Origin: the human T2T-CHM13v2.0 reference genome, Homo sapiens
Reading direction: 5' to 3' (one strand)
Assembly (NCBI RefSeq): GCF_009914755.1
Contig: NC_060931.1
DNA: 64,000 nt
Shown one piece after another: positions 47,935-62,559 of this stretch. The notes under the pieces are model-generated. The model had not been told where the DNA came from and did not search any database. It worked only from the letters and a program-made list of their open reading frames with translations. Position numbers and translations under genes: made by a program. Each line of letters opens with the position of its first letter. Positions within the stretch are counted from its first letter, which is position 1.

Positions 47935-48150
47935 AGTGAGACCATGGATGGAGCATGAATTTTGGAGCCAGCTTGCCTGGATTCCAATCCCACAATCTAG
48001 CAACTGCCAACTATGTAACTTTAACAAATTACTCAATCTCTATGCTTCTGTGTCCTCATCTAAAGAAAATAAAAATAAGCATAATAACAGCATCTATCTC
48101 ATGGGATTGTTAAAAAGATTAGCCTAATACATGTAAATCCCTTATGTATC
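47935..48150 (+). mobile_element. MIR SINE
   Basis: TTTGGAGCCAG..CCTCATCT..CTATCTCATGGGATTGTT. Confidence 0.8.
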
Positions 48151-48210
48151 AGCTCTTTTTACTACCATTCAAGTTGATTAAGATGTTACTCAAAATAAAG
48201 TACTCTGGAA

Positions 48211-48524
48211 CAGCCTTCCCCAACCTTTTTGGCACCAGGGACCAGTTTCATTAAAAGTAGTTTTTCCATGGACTAAGGCAGGTGGGTGGTTTCATGATGA
48301 AACTAATCCACCTCAGATCATCATAAGGAGCACACAACCTAGATTCTTTGCATGTACAGTTCACAATAGAATTTGTACTCTTGTGAGAATCTAATGCAAC
48401 CACTGATCTGACAGGAGGCAGAGCTTAGGTGGTAATCCCCATTTGCCCATTCACCGCTCACCTCCTAGTGTATGGCCCACTGCCTAATAGGCCATGGACT
48501 GAAGCCGGGGGTTGGGGAACACTG
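48211..48524. mobile_element. MER1B-like (hAT-Charlie) DNA transposon
   Basis: TIRs CAGCCTTCCCCAACC...GGTTGGGGAACACTG; TTTTTGGCACCAGGGACC; GATCTGACAGGAGGCAGAGCT. Confidence 0.9.
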
Positions 48525-48749
48525 CTCTATACTAATAAAAATAGTGTATGGAAAAATTGAACTCAAGTAATAAAACCAAGGAAGGTTAATTGTGAAAGGG
48601 TGGACCTAGAATAAGCAAGGAATAAAGACAAAAACTAATCGGAGTTATAATACTAAAATCTAATAATGCTTACTTTAAAATGAAAGAAAATATTTTTAAT
48701 TAAGCCCTTTAAAAATTTATCAAAATTTCATTTAAGAATTAACAATCGC

Positions 48750-49061
48750 GCTGGGCACAGCGTCTCATGCCTGTAATCCTGACACTTTGGGAGGCCAAGG
48801 TGGGTGGATCACTTGAGGTCAGGAGTTCGAGACCAGCCTGGCCAACATGGTGAAAGCCCATCGCTACTAAAAATACAAAAAGTAGCTGGGCATAGTGGTG
48901 CATGCCTGTAATCCCAGCTACTCGGGAGGCTGAGGCAGGAGAATTGCTTGAACCTGGGAAGTGGGGTTGCAGTGAGCCAAAATCATACCACTGCACTCCA
49001 GCCTGAGAGACAGAGCCAGACTCTGACTCAACAAAACAAAGACAAAAACAAAAACAAAACA
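48750..49061 (+). mobile_element. AluS full length
   Basis: Dimer, (AAAAC)-type tail, TSD AACAATC. Confidence 0.96.
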
Positions 49062-49725
49062 ATCATGCATCATTACATACCAAGTAGTTAGCGTCTAATA
49101 TATAAAGGCTGACTTTATCAATTTGTAAAAAAGCCCCTACAAATCAGTGAGAAAAACAATATCTTATTAGATATGGTGAATGGAAATACATAGGCAGTTC
49201 AAAGAAGAAATATAAAAGCTCCACAAAAATGGTAAACAAGATTGACTTCACCTTTTCACTTATTACATTAGCAAATAATTAAAAGTTAAATAATACAGAG
49301 TGACAGTAAGAATGTGAAACTGACACTCACCCACTGTTGGTTGGAATTTAAATTTTCCTAATTACTTTAAAATGTGACCTGATGATACCTCAAAATTTTA
49401 AATGGATGCAGCTTTTGATGTATTTATTCCATTTCTGTAACTTGACCTGCCAATAGATTCAAATGTACACAAAATTTTACTGTAATATAGATAATGTTCA
49501 TAATAACAACTAGAGACAGCCTAAATGCCCACAATAATAATCTACTTTTAAAATTATAGTACATCCTTACATCAAAGCTATTCAGTCATTATTTTTTAAA
49601 ATGAGGAATAATTTAATATGTGTTCATATGGAAAGGTCTCTGAGACATAGAGTTGTTAAGTGAGAAAAAAGTTACATGCAAAAGAGTCTTATCTATACAC
49701 TCCTTTGTATTAAAAAGAGTATATC

Positions 49726-50074
49726 CATGGTTATGTACCAAATAACGATGCTTTGGTTAATGACAGACCACATATACAGCAGTGGTCCTATAAAATTATG
49801 ACACCATATTTTAACTGTACCTTTTCTATGTTGCGATACCCAAATACTTATCATTGTGTTACAGTTGCCTACAGTATTCAGTACAATAGCATACTGTACA
49901 GGTTTGCAGCCTGGGAGGAATAGGCTATACCATCTAACCTAGGTGTGCAGTGGACCATACTTTCTGAGTTTGTGTAAGTCCACTCTATGATATTCAAACA
50001 ATGAGAAAATCAACTAAGCGTGCATTTCTCAGAATGTGTCCCTGTTGTTAGATGTTAAGTAACAGATGGTTGTA
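49726..50074. mobile_element. Tigger3a/MER7-like DNA transposon nested in old L1 3' sequence
   Basis: GACAGACCACATATAC..GTGGTCC..TACAGTTGCCTACAGTATTCAGTACA..GCATTTCTCAGAA. Confidence 0.85.
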
Positions 50075-50233
50075 TAATATTTCTACTGGGGGAAAGGCAT
50101 GCACAGATTGCTTCCAGAGAAATGTATAAGGAACCGTTAATGGTGGTAGCTTAATAAAAGGAAAACTGATACGTTTTAAATTAATTGGCATATTTTAATT
50201 TTCTTTTGTTACCATGTGCATATGTTATTTTCA

Positions 50234-50681
<448 letters not shown>

Positions 50682-50792
50682 TTAATAACATGTACTCAAT
50701 AGAAAAATATTAAAATGAGTACTATTTGCTAGTGTTGTTGGAATATTTATTAAAATATCTAACAACATGTAAATGCAAAGATTCTTTTATAA

Positions 50793-51107
<315 letters not shown>

Positions 51108-54102
51108 TGAGCCACATTTTTATAGATATAAATGCAGTACAGTAACACTTGAATTCAATAATAGAAGTAAAAGTGACATCTTCCAACCCCAAACAAACAA
51201 AACAAAATGACAAACCCAGTACTTGGGGGCTGGGTCCTCCATCCTAAACAAAAGTATAGAAAAGTATAAGTTAAAATTACTAATTCAGATCACTTGAATA
51301 ATAATGAAGACATTTTATGTAAAATTGGAGAGTTCTACCACAAGCAGTAATCTGAGGCAAATTCATAGCACTGATTGTTTTTATTATCAAAGCAGAAAAA
51401 ATTAACATAAATTAGGTATTTGCCTAAAGAGGTCATCATTAATAAAATAAACATAATTAGAAGTTAGACATTAATAAAGATAAGTAGAAATTGGTAATGT
51501 GGAAAGAAGAAACAAATGATTTGATATGTAAAATCCAAGCACTAAATTTTTATAGGAAAAAAGCCACAAAGTTTTCAAAAAACTGAAAATGCATACAAAT
51601 AAAATTAAAATATCAAAATAAAGAAAAGAAATGTAGTCACTGATATAGAAAACAAATAACCTAATATGCAAAACCCATTTTAAAATTATAAAGGAATACT
51701 AGTACAACTAATGTAATTAAAACCAGAGATAATTACTATTGATGCCACTTAAGGAAATTTAGATAGATAAATATATTTTGCATATGTCATTTATTTATGA
51801 TATCTAAAATTTGTGTTATCAAATTTTATATTGATACTATATTACCAATATTTTTATCATTATATATACAACAAAAATTAATAAAGTAACATAATAGAAA
51901 AGATAAATAAGCTAATACCATAGGGGAAAAATAAATAAACATAAACTAAGTTTATCAGAAATTACTTCTGAGAAAAGCAATGAGAAAAAATTGCTATATG
52001 ACTGGTTCTTTCAGTTTTTCAAGAAATAGATAATTTCTTGTTTATGTAAGTATTTCAGATAATGCAAACATCTGTAAATCTTCCAAGCATCTTTTAGATT
52101 TTAGAGAAACCTCATAGGAAATTCTGACTAAAATCTCAGAAAATTGATACATTTCACTTATGAAAATAGAGGCAAAAATTTTTAAGTAAACTAATGGTGA
52201 TTTAAGTACAGTAAAATATTTTAAAATACTAATACTTGAACAAATAGCTTTTAGTATAAGTTATCAAAAATGTTTTAACAATTGAAAAACTAATATAATT
52301 TAAATAGTCATAGGATAAAGGAAATACTTGACATCATCAACTTGACAGATTTTAAAAAAATGTGTGCATAAAAAATATTTCCCTATCATCCTTTACCAAC
52401 AGAAATTGAAGATAGATGACATTTCAGATAAATTATTAAATGTAAAAACACCCTCAAAATATAAAAGGAACAGAAATAAGTGTAGATGAATATTTATATT
52501 GGAATATAGAGAATGGTTTTTAAAGCTCAGCATAAAATAGCAATTAAGCTGATTAGTTTTTACTATCTAAAATTGAAAACATATATTTAAAAAACTTAAA
52601 ATTTTAACAGTTAATGATAAAATACAGTAGAAGTACATAAAGATTTCTTAAAATTACCATCTAACAAGAACCATGTTTTTTCATAAATTTGAGGATGGAT
52701 CAACATCAGTAAAATTATTTAATAAAGCATATTACATTAACAGTTCTGAAAAGAAAACATAATATTAAAAGATGCAGAAAAGAAATATAACAAAATGTAA
52801 TTGATTCATAATTTAAAAACAAAACAAAAGAACAAACAAAAACTCTCTGCAAGTAGGAATAAAAGAAAGATATCTTAACCTAATTAGAGGCATCTATCAA
52901 ATCTTGATAGCAATTTCAATCTCAACAGTAAAATCTCAGAAAAAATTCCATTAAACCAGGAATACAACCTGCCCACATTACTTTTATTCAACATTGAACT
53001 AAAGATAAAAGCAGAAAAACAACTCAATAAGGTAAGAATTTATAAACCAGATAAATGTTCACTTTTGCAGACAAGATAACTGTCTACATACAAAACTTGA
53101 GAAGTGACAGGTGTATTAGTAGAATAATAAGGTTTAACAAGTTTGTTGGATATGAGAGCAAAATGCAGAAATCAGTCTCCATGCATCAGCAATAACCAAC
53201 TGGAAGCACATTAAAGCAGAAAAAAAAAAAACCCACAACAACAGATTCTTTTCACAACTTCAACAAGAACCATAAACCTATTAAGAGCACCTTATATTTA
53301 TATGAATACTTTTAGAATATTTGTTGGGAAGATTATAAATATTACTATGTCTTATAAAGGATAACTAAATAAAAGCAGAGGTATGCTATGTTCATAAATG
53401 GGAAAACTCCATATCAAAAAGAAATAAATCTTCACCAAATTAATCTGAAATGCAACATAATTTCTATAACAATGCTAATAAGTTTATTTTTTGTAGGACT
53501 TGCAAGCTTGTCCTAAAATTCATGTGTACAAGTAAAGGGCCAAGGAAAGCTAAGACTATTATAAAGATCATGGAGAAGGAATTTTCCCTGCTAGAAATCA
53601 ACACTTATTATATAGAAATTGTAATTAAGACAGGTGCCATAGTTTAAAAAATGGATAATAAACCAATGAAATAAACAGCTCAGAAGTAGACTCCCTGATA
53701 TAAAGCAATAAGTTAGACAGAACATTTCAAAATCAGTGGAGAAAGGATAAACATAACTGAGACAGTAAGGTGGTTATCCATATAGAAAAAAATAGCAAAT
53801 TAAACCCTTGGTTTGGCCCATACCCAGAGATAAATTCCAAGTATAGCAACAGTGTAAGTGTAAAAAGTAAGGCATTGGTACTTACAAAAGAGAATACAGA
53901 AGGATACATTTATGACCTCAGGGTTACAAACAATTTCTTAAACAGGACACAAAAAAGTACACACTCTAAAAAGAAACTGATAATATGACTTCATCATAAT
54001 TGTCAACATTGGTTCATCAAAGACAGAATAAAGTTCAAAGACAAGTCACAAAATAGGAAAAGGTAATTTGCAATTTATATACAATAAAATATTAGTGGCT
54101 AA

Positions 54103-54430
<328 letters not shown>

Positions 54431-55261
54431 TAAAATAGCAAATTTCTAAAAGTCAATAAGAAAAAGGTAAATGACCATATAAAACTGGGCAAATAATATG
54501 AATATACAATTTATAGAAAAACTGACGAATAAACAAGAAAAAAAAGCTTTACCCTGTTATAATCAGGAGCAGATAAGTTTAAATGATAAGACGCTATTTT
54601 AGACCCAAATGATTGGCAAAATTTTTAGTATTTGATACTATCAAGTGTTGGTGAGGCTATGGAAAATGGCAATCTCTGACTCTGTTGGTTGGATTATAAA
54701 TTGGTACAACCATTGTGCAAAGCAGTCTGGCAAAATCTAGGAAAGTTTAAGATGCATAGATCCCTTAACCCAGCCATTCAGCTTTTAGTATATATCCTAA
54801 AGAAATCTTCACATATATGCAGAAGAATGAAAGTATAAGAATCATTTTGAAACACTGAAATAGTGAAAAACTTTTGTCAACAACATAAGGGCAATCAAAT
54901 CAATAAGAAAATGGTTAAACATTATGTATCGTACTCATAAATAGAATAATATACAGCAATGCTAGTAAAGAAGTTAGTCTATCCACATAGATAAATATTA
55001 CAAATATAAGTTGGGGGTAAATTAATCGTAGTTGGGTACATACAATATATAAAGTATATATTAACCTTAGCAACATCTGCTGTATATTAATAATGTGCAA
55101 AGTAAAAGCACAAAAATATGAAAGGGAATATATAACCACCATAATCAGGATCCTGGTTAACTCTGGACATGAATGAAAGGAGGAAAGAATAAACTCAGGA
55201 CTTCTACTGTATCTATGTTTCCCCTTTTAAAAAATCTGAAGTAATTATGGCAAAATGTTAA

Positions 55262-55695
<434 letters not shown>

Positions 55696-56231
55696 AGTTA
55701 TTTTCTATATTTTCTATGTGTTTGAAATATTTCCAAATATTTCACAAAGTATTTTTAACAAAAGATTTAACAAAAAAAGTCAGTAGAAATTTTACTACAT
55801 AAGAAATATGTAAATGAAGCAATTTTCAACCTCAGTTATAATCTAAGAAATACAACTTAAAATTATAGCCAAATAGACAAATGAGTTATTAAATTGGTGG
55901 AGGTTTAAGAGTTCATATAAGCTAATGTTGGCAAGGAAGCACATTGCTTTCTGGAAGGAATATAACAATATGTATCAGAAAGCTTTAACTTTATTTACCT
56001 TTTCACCTGTGTATAACCTCTAGAAAGTTGCTCTAAGGCAATTATAAGAGAGGTGTAAAAAATTAGAACTGCCCTAAACATTTCAATAAAGGGGATTGTT
56101 TAAAAAATGACGCATAAAGTGGACAATTATGCAGTCATTTAAAAATGAGAACACAACTGGTATTTCATCACATAGTGGTTTAAAGGCCTACAGTTAAGGG
56201 ACAAAACCAAGTCATAAAGTAAAATGTATGC

Positions 56232-56710
56232 TCCTACAGAAAAAGGTTAAAGAGAGAAAGAAAGCCAAGTGCGTTGCATAACCGGGATCCTAGGACTTTA
56301 TAAGCCCAACTCTTTCCCATGATTCTTCCCTTGGGGTGAGCTGCCTGCATGCGCAGAGCCTTCCTTACCTTTGAGAAGTGACCACAGGTGGTCTGTTTAG
56401 GGAGTTATTCCTCGATGGGAATCATCGAGGCTTTCTTCCCTTTTCTGGTGGAGTGTACCCGGAAGATCATACTTCACCATTTTTGTCTCTCAACATGCAT
56501 GCCCAGGAAGTTGCTTCTTCCTGGGGCTTGAATTCAACTACTAGTTTGATGTTAACAGGTGTGGATCATCAGGAAATGGCCTCTCCCTGGGGTTGCCAAG
56601 TTATCGTTTTTAAAGAGGTAATGCAATAATTGCCAAAACATCACCCAAGATTCCTAGTGGGTTGGGGGAGAGCCGTCTTCTGCCCTGCTCATGCCTAGCC
56701 ACCTGTAAGA
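56232..56710 (-). mobile_element. ERV1-class solo LTR (LTR29/MER84-like; subfamily uncertain)
   Basis: AACAGGTGTGGATCATCAGGAAATGGCCTCTCCCTGG...TTCCTAGTGGGT..GGGGAGAGCC..CTGCCCTGCTCATGCC..ACCTGTAA. Confidence 0.75.
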
Positions 56711-56959
56711 CTTTAACTGTCTTTTGATTCTGGTTGCCTCCTGAGTCGACCTTAAGAGAATGCTGAAGATACAAATAGAAGGAAAACAGACCCTAGTCTC
56801 ATAGAATTTGTAAGTATCAGAAGAAATCAATTACTTATTGAATTACAATTGTGATAAGTGTCAGGAAGAAATAAAACAATAGATAAATAGAAAGCTGCTA
56901 ACATCCAGGGAGAGACAGATACAGATCTAGGTGCCTTATAAAGCATCCTTTTAAATTCT

Positions 56960-57125
56960 TGGCAATGTTTATTGAATGAGTACTTACTGAGGCTTCAGTC
57001 ACTTTACACATATTAATTCATGGAAACTTTCTTTGGAGGTGAATTCTGGTTTTACCACTGCCACTGCACGGATAAGGAAACTGAGGTAGAACGATTGTGT
57101 AACTGCCCACAGCCACACACTTAGA
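56960..57125 (-). mobile_element. MIR fragment
   Basis: GATAAGGAAACTGAGGTAGA..GTAACTGCCCA. Confidence 0.7.
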
Positions 57126-59349
57126 CACCTTGACTATCTTTTGGTTCTGGTTGCCCTCTGAATTGACCTTGAGAGAATGCCCCTGGTCAAGTGCTCTGAC
57201 TTGCCTTGAATCCTAGTGAGGAAAAGTGATTAAATAACAAAATTGCTCAAAGATGAAAGAAACTGAGATCCTGAGACTCAGAAGATACTGATTTCTGTAG
57301 TAACATCCTACACATGAATCTACTTTGCTGTCTCTAGTTTCATACCTGGTTTATTACCACTGGCCTCCGTGATGATGCAGGTTGCTAATGTGGAGGTAAA
57401 AAGGGACTCTACCGTCACTGAGAAGAGGGACGAGAGTGCCCATCTCTTTTGTTATTGTTTTGTTTTGGGTAGTGCTGTTCATTTTCAGGGAATTAGTGCA
57501 TATGGAAGAGGGATAACCAACACGAAGGGAACTGCTCACGGGCGACCAGAACACTGGTGGAGAACAAGTCTCAGTGGCCCTGTCCCTTGGCTTAGTCACC
57601 TGGCCTCAATTTGAGTCCAATTGCTTAATTTTCTACACACCCATGAAAGTCAATTTCCATGCTGCTCTGTGTCTTCTTTATATTTCTCCATAATGTAGTC
57701 TCTGGCTGTTTAACTGCAGCAGGCTTTATGATAAGGGTTTTTTTTTTTCTTCCTTGGCAGTAGGCATAGACTTAATTTTAAAAGACACACTCAAATTCAA
57801 ACAGCCCCGAACGACTTACACAGAAAGCAGGGTGTTCTCTAGCCTTGTTTTTAAAATATTACAATTTTTTTATTAGGCAATTTTATCATTGTTATAAATA
57901 AGTAATTGTACTGGGGAGAAGGGATAATCCTTATTTAATTAAATTCATCTATACTCCCAGGTTGGCAGCAACAAGACATATGTGAGACTAATACCCACAG
58001 CCTGCCTCTTTGCATGTGCAATTAAAAATTCACTCTACAGTAGCACTGGCAGTTTAGTGTTGCTTTTGGCATTTACAAATTCTTTTATTTTGTGACTTTT
58101 TTTTACCATACACATATGCTGGAGCAGATGTTGCTTATTTGTTGTTTATTCAAATCTGTAGGCTCTGGCAGCTAACTCCATTGTTCTGTAATGAAGCTTT
58201 ATTCACTGTCCTGTATTAGGACCCAGCGCCTGCACGAGAGGCTGCATTAGTTCCCAGTAGGACACCACAGTTATTGCCCTTGTAGTTGGCTGTTTGTCGT
58301 TGGAAGCTTGCACTGGGGGAAAAAAGCAGCAGCAACAAAGGGCTGGGTAGTCGCCGTCGGGGTGAGTGGAAGGGAATGGACAGGAGAGTCGTCTTGCTGT
58401 CCCCTGCTCTATATTCCTGCCCGGTGGCCTCAGCCTGGCATCTAGACTCATCTGCTTTGGGGATTTGGTGTCTGAGGCTGGGAAGTATTTTCTATCCTGC
58501 TCTTTCTCTTTTTTGCCTTTATTTTTCTCTCTGTGGTTATTTATTTTGTTCACAAGCAGGGTACCCCCTGCGTCTCCCCACCCCCTCCCCTTTATTTCCA
58601 GTACATTCATAGATTCGTTAATAGTCATGCTTAGCCATAGGAGCTCTGTCAAGCACAAACCTGTTTCTTCCATATATCACCCCCTCATCGCATCTTTCCT
58701 CATCCAGATACTGTTTCTGGCTGCCCATGTCTTGGGGGTAGCCACACTTCATAAAGTCGAGAATGTCAGGTCCATGTTGACCATGATAAAGACCTGCTGA
58801 TCCCTAGAGCTTGAATGCCAATTTGGAGACGTTTGCCTTCTGGAAAACTCCTGTCTTGGCCAGGAGGCAATCAATCAGAGATGTAACCACCTCCATCTGG
58901 CACATTATGACATGGAACCTCACTATTAACACATTTGTGATTCATCTTGTCCCAACGAGTGGTGCCAGGGATCAAACCACATCCTCCCTCCCCGTGGCAG
59001 CTGGGAGCATTCTAGCTTCCCAGCATGCCGAGTTAACACATTGGCTCCTGTGACATTGCAAGTAACAATTCTTTTAATTATCACACCTTCCCTCCCCCTC
59101 CCCACCCACTCCACAGACACTTTGGCACCATGGGGATATTTTGCAGCCGGCAATCAGTACTTTTCTTAATTGACTGAGTATGTTCCAATAGTGTGAAGCC
59201 TGGTATTATTCACTCTCGAATGAAAGGGGCAGTTGCTTGATGCTAAGTTCTATAGATATAACACACTACACTTGTTTGGGGCATTTTACTTCCATAAGGA
59301 CACTGTAGTGTTCATTCACAATTTTTAAATATTGATTTCTCTTGTTTAA

Positions 59350-59800
59350 ATAATAAATGTGAATCCCCGTAGAATTGAATTCAAGGTCTTTCTTATTCTG
59401 GCCTCAGCCCATTCTTACCACCTTACTTCCTCTCCCACAGCCCAGACTCTGTGTATGTTGGATTGCTTAGTGTCCCCCACAATCGCCCAATTTTGCATCT
59501 CTGTAGCTACATTGCTCCTTTTTTCAGACTTCACTTCCAATCTCCTTTTTCATATGTCAAAAGTCATCCATCTTTCAAGGTCTTAGTGCGATGATTACCT
59601 CTTCTGTCATCTCCTCCAGGAACGCTGCTCCCTAGACATACTCCTCCTTTAGTGCTCCTGTAAATGTTGTTGATGCCTGCCTTTACCATAGGCCTTAATA
59701 CATTTTGCCTTGTATTATAATTAGCTGTATACAAAACATATGTACCTAACTAAATTGTTACTCCTTTTAAGGACCCTTTGCATGCATCTTTGTAGCCATC
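59350..59800 (+). mobile_element. L2 fragment
   Basis: Pyrimidine-rich L2 body (ATCCATCTTTCAAGGTCTTAG..TTACCTCTTCTG). Confidence 0.55.
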
Positions 59801-59869
59801 TGTCAGCTAAGGGCTGCTGTGGCATCTACACAGGGGTTAGTATGTGGGGCTGTAAGGAATGGAAGTAGC

Positions 59870-60090
59870 CCTTTTTTGAGCATTCTGTGCGACAGGCACT
59901 ACATAAAGCACTTTACATTCTTAATTCATCCTTAAAACCACCATGGGAGCAAGTGGATTTTACTCCCATTTTACAGATGAGGGAACCACAGCTCAGAGAG
60001 GATAAGTCATTGGATCAAAATAATTCAGCAAGGGTGTAACTGAGCTAGTATTCACAGATCTATGTGATTTCAAAGCTTTGATTCTTACTA
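59870..60090 (-). mobile_element. MIR SINE
   Basis: CCCATTTTACAGATGAGGGAACCACAGCTCAGAGAGG. Confidence 0.85.
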
Positions 60091-60552
60091 AGGCATCCCT
60101 TTATTTCTCTAGCAAAAAATTTAATGTTGCTATGTTTGTATAGTTAAGATACCATCCTAATGTAAAAATGTTGGTAGAACTAGATTTACAGTTCAACAGA
60201 GAAAACCCTTCTGTTCTAAGGGAGTATTAAAATCAAGGTATGGTTGAAATGGTCCACACCAAACGGGGAACAAACCAAATTTATGATTTAACTAGGGGTT
60301 GTGTTGATTTAAGTTCAAACTTAGTAATAAGCAGTCTAAACCACTACCACCCACCCCTAGAACTATGCTAGATATGAAGATAGAAAAGAGCATGCTTTTC
60401 TATGCTTCCTATAAAAATTACGTTTAACAAGTTTAACAAGAGATGTGTTTCTCAGTTTTTTCAAGGGATAGCTTATGTCAGATAGGAAATCGAGAACCCT
60501 TTTATTTTAGCCTGGTGGTGTTTTGGAAGGAGGTTAGAAAATAAATCTCTCA

Positions 60553-60975
<423 letters not shown>

Positions 60976-62559
60976 TCAGGTGCTCTTTGTCTTACTTTTA
61001 TTCCCTATTCTTTCCCCAGCTCACCTCCACAATTCCCCTGCTTCTTTCTAGGTCCCTTTAATTACTGCCCAAGTGCTAGTATAAAACAATTCAAGGTGAA
61101 TATTGCATCAAGAAACCTAGGCCATTCACTAAGGAGTTTGTGTTGTGCTAAAATTCTCAGGTAGTATGAAATTAAAGATCAATGGTTTGGGAGCAAGCAA
61201 TGGAAACATCATAGCTTCGCTCCTCCTTTTCAGGGACATGTTGGAAGGAAGATCCTAGTTCTTGTCTCCTGTAGCAAACATCATCCCTTATGATAAGCAT
61301 GAGACTTTAGAAAAGGTTGAGCAAATGAGGCATACCAGTAAAAAGGAAACTGGTGATAGAAGAGGCTTTGGGTATTAGGGTTCTTTCTCTCATAACTGAT
61401 CTTATTCTGGCCGTTCTTGCTTTGGAAAAAAGAGTTGGCATTTTCCCCTTCTACTCTTCCTGGGAAAGTTGAAGCCAGAGGTGAGGCTGATTCTTCTCCC
61501 TGGGAAGAGAGGTTGGAAAGTGGCTCAGTGCCAGAGCAGCTGAGATTTTGATTGGTTTCTTCTGCTGCCAACTCTAGCCGGCTTCTGGTGCCCATACAGA
61601 CCTCAATGATGATATCTGACATGGTCTATTTCCTTTAGCATGTGCAATTTGCCCACCTGCATGGCAGTCTCACAGGTGGAACCTTGGTCATGGACTGATG
61701 CATTAGCCAATAGGTTTTGAAATTTATTTTATAAAACATAATATGAATGTGTAGATATTCTATGTTCATTAAATTTCATTAAAATGTATAGAGTTGGTCT
61801 AAGGGAGTTTCAAAGTTCTGTGTTTATCATAATGATTCTTACTCTATTAATAGATAATAGTGTAAATTCTTGCCTTCTGATAAATAGGACTATTTAAAAA
61901 ACCAGTATTTGCTCTCTGTTAACTATGATGTGAAGAAATTATGATTCCCTAGGGGTCCAAAAATCCTGACATGCATACCCTGTTAATCCCGTGTGTAGGA
62001 CCTGACACCACCTAGAAGCTCAATAAATGTTTGTTCAATGGGAGAATAGGATCAGCAAAGATTTCTCAGGGGCTGTATTTATATCTATGATAAAAAGTCA
62101 ACAAAGCCAAATCCTTTGCTAAATATCTTCATAGTGAAGTGACACAGAAAAGAAAACGAGAGAGAGAGAGGAAAAAAAAGGAAAGATAACTCATGATGGT
62201 TAAACCCTAGATGTTTAAATAAAACAAATGCCACTTAGGTAAAACTGCAAAGATATGTAGTCCAGTACCATAGATTGCTTTTGATCAGACTTGATATGGA
62301 GAAAGAATTTCGTGCTTAGAGAAATTTTAAAAAATTCTTATGTCCATTAGACTATTTCTTTCAAATATCAATATCAAATATTATATCAACTGGAGTTTTC
62401 ATCAGGAAAATTGAAGGGGAAACCGAAAATTTACATGGAGATGTTGAAAAAAATATATGAACCAAGGTATTTCCAGCAAAGGAAATTGTTTTCTTTCTGG
62501 TTATTTTCTTTTGTGCATATTGGCAACTCTTTCTATGCCTTTCAATATCTTCTCAATAT

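Noticed and set aside
58203-58800. Overlapping 156, 108 and 144 aa ORFs
   Set aside because: Non-ATG starts or low-complexity translations, no recognisable domain; expected in a locally GC-richer region
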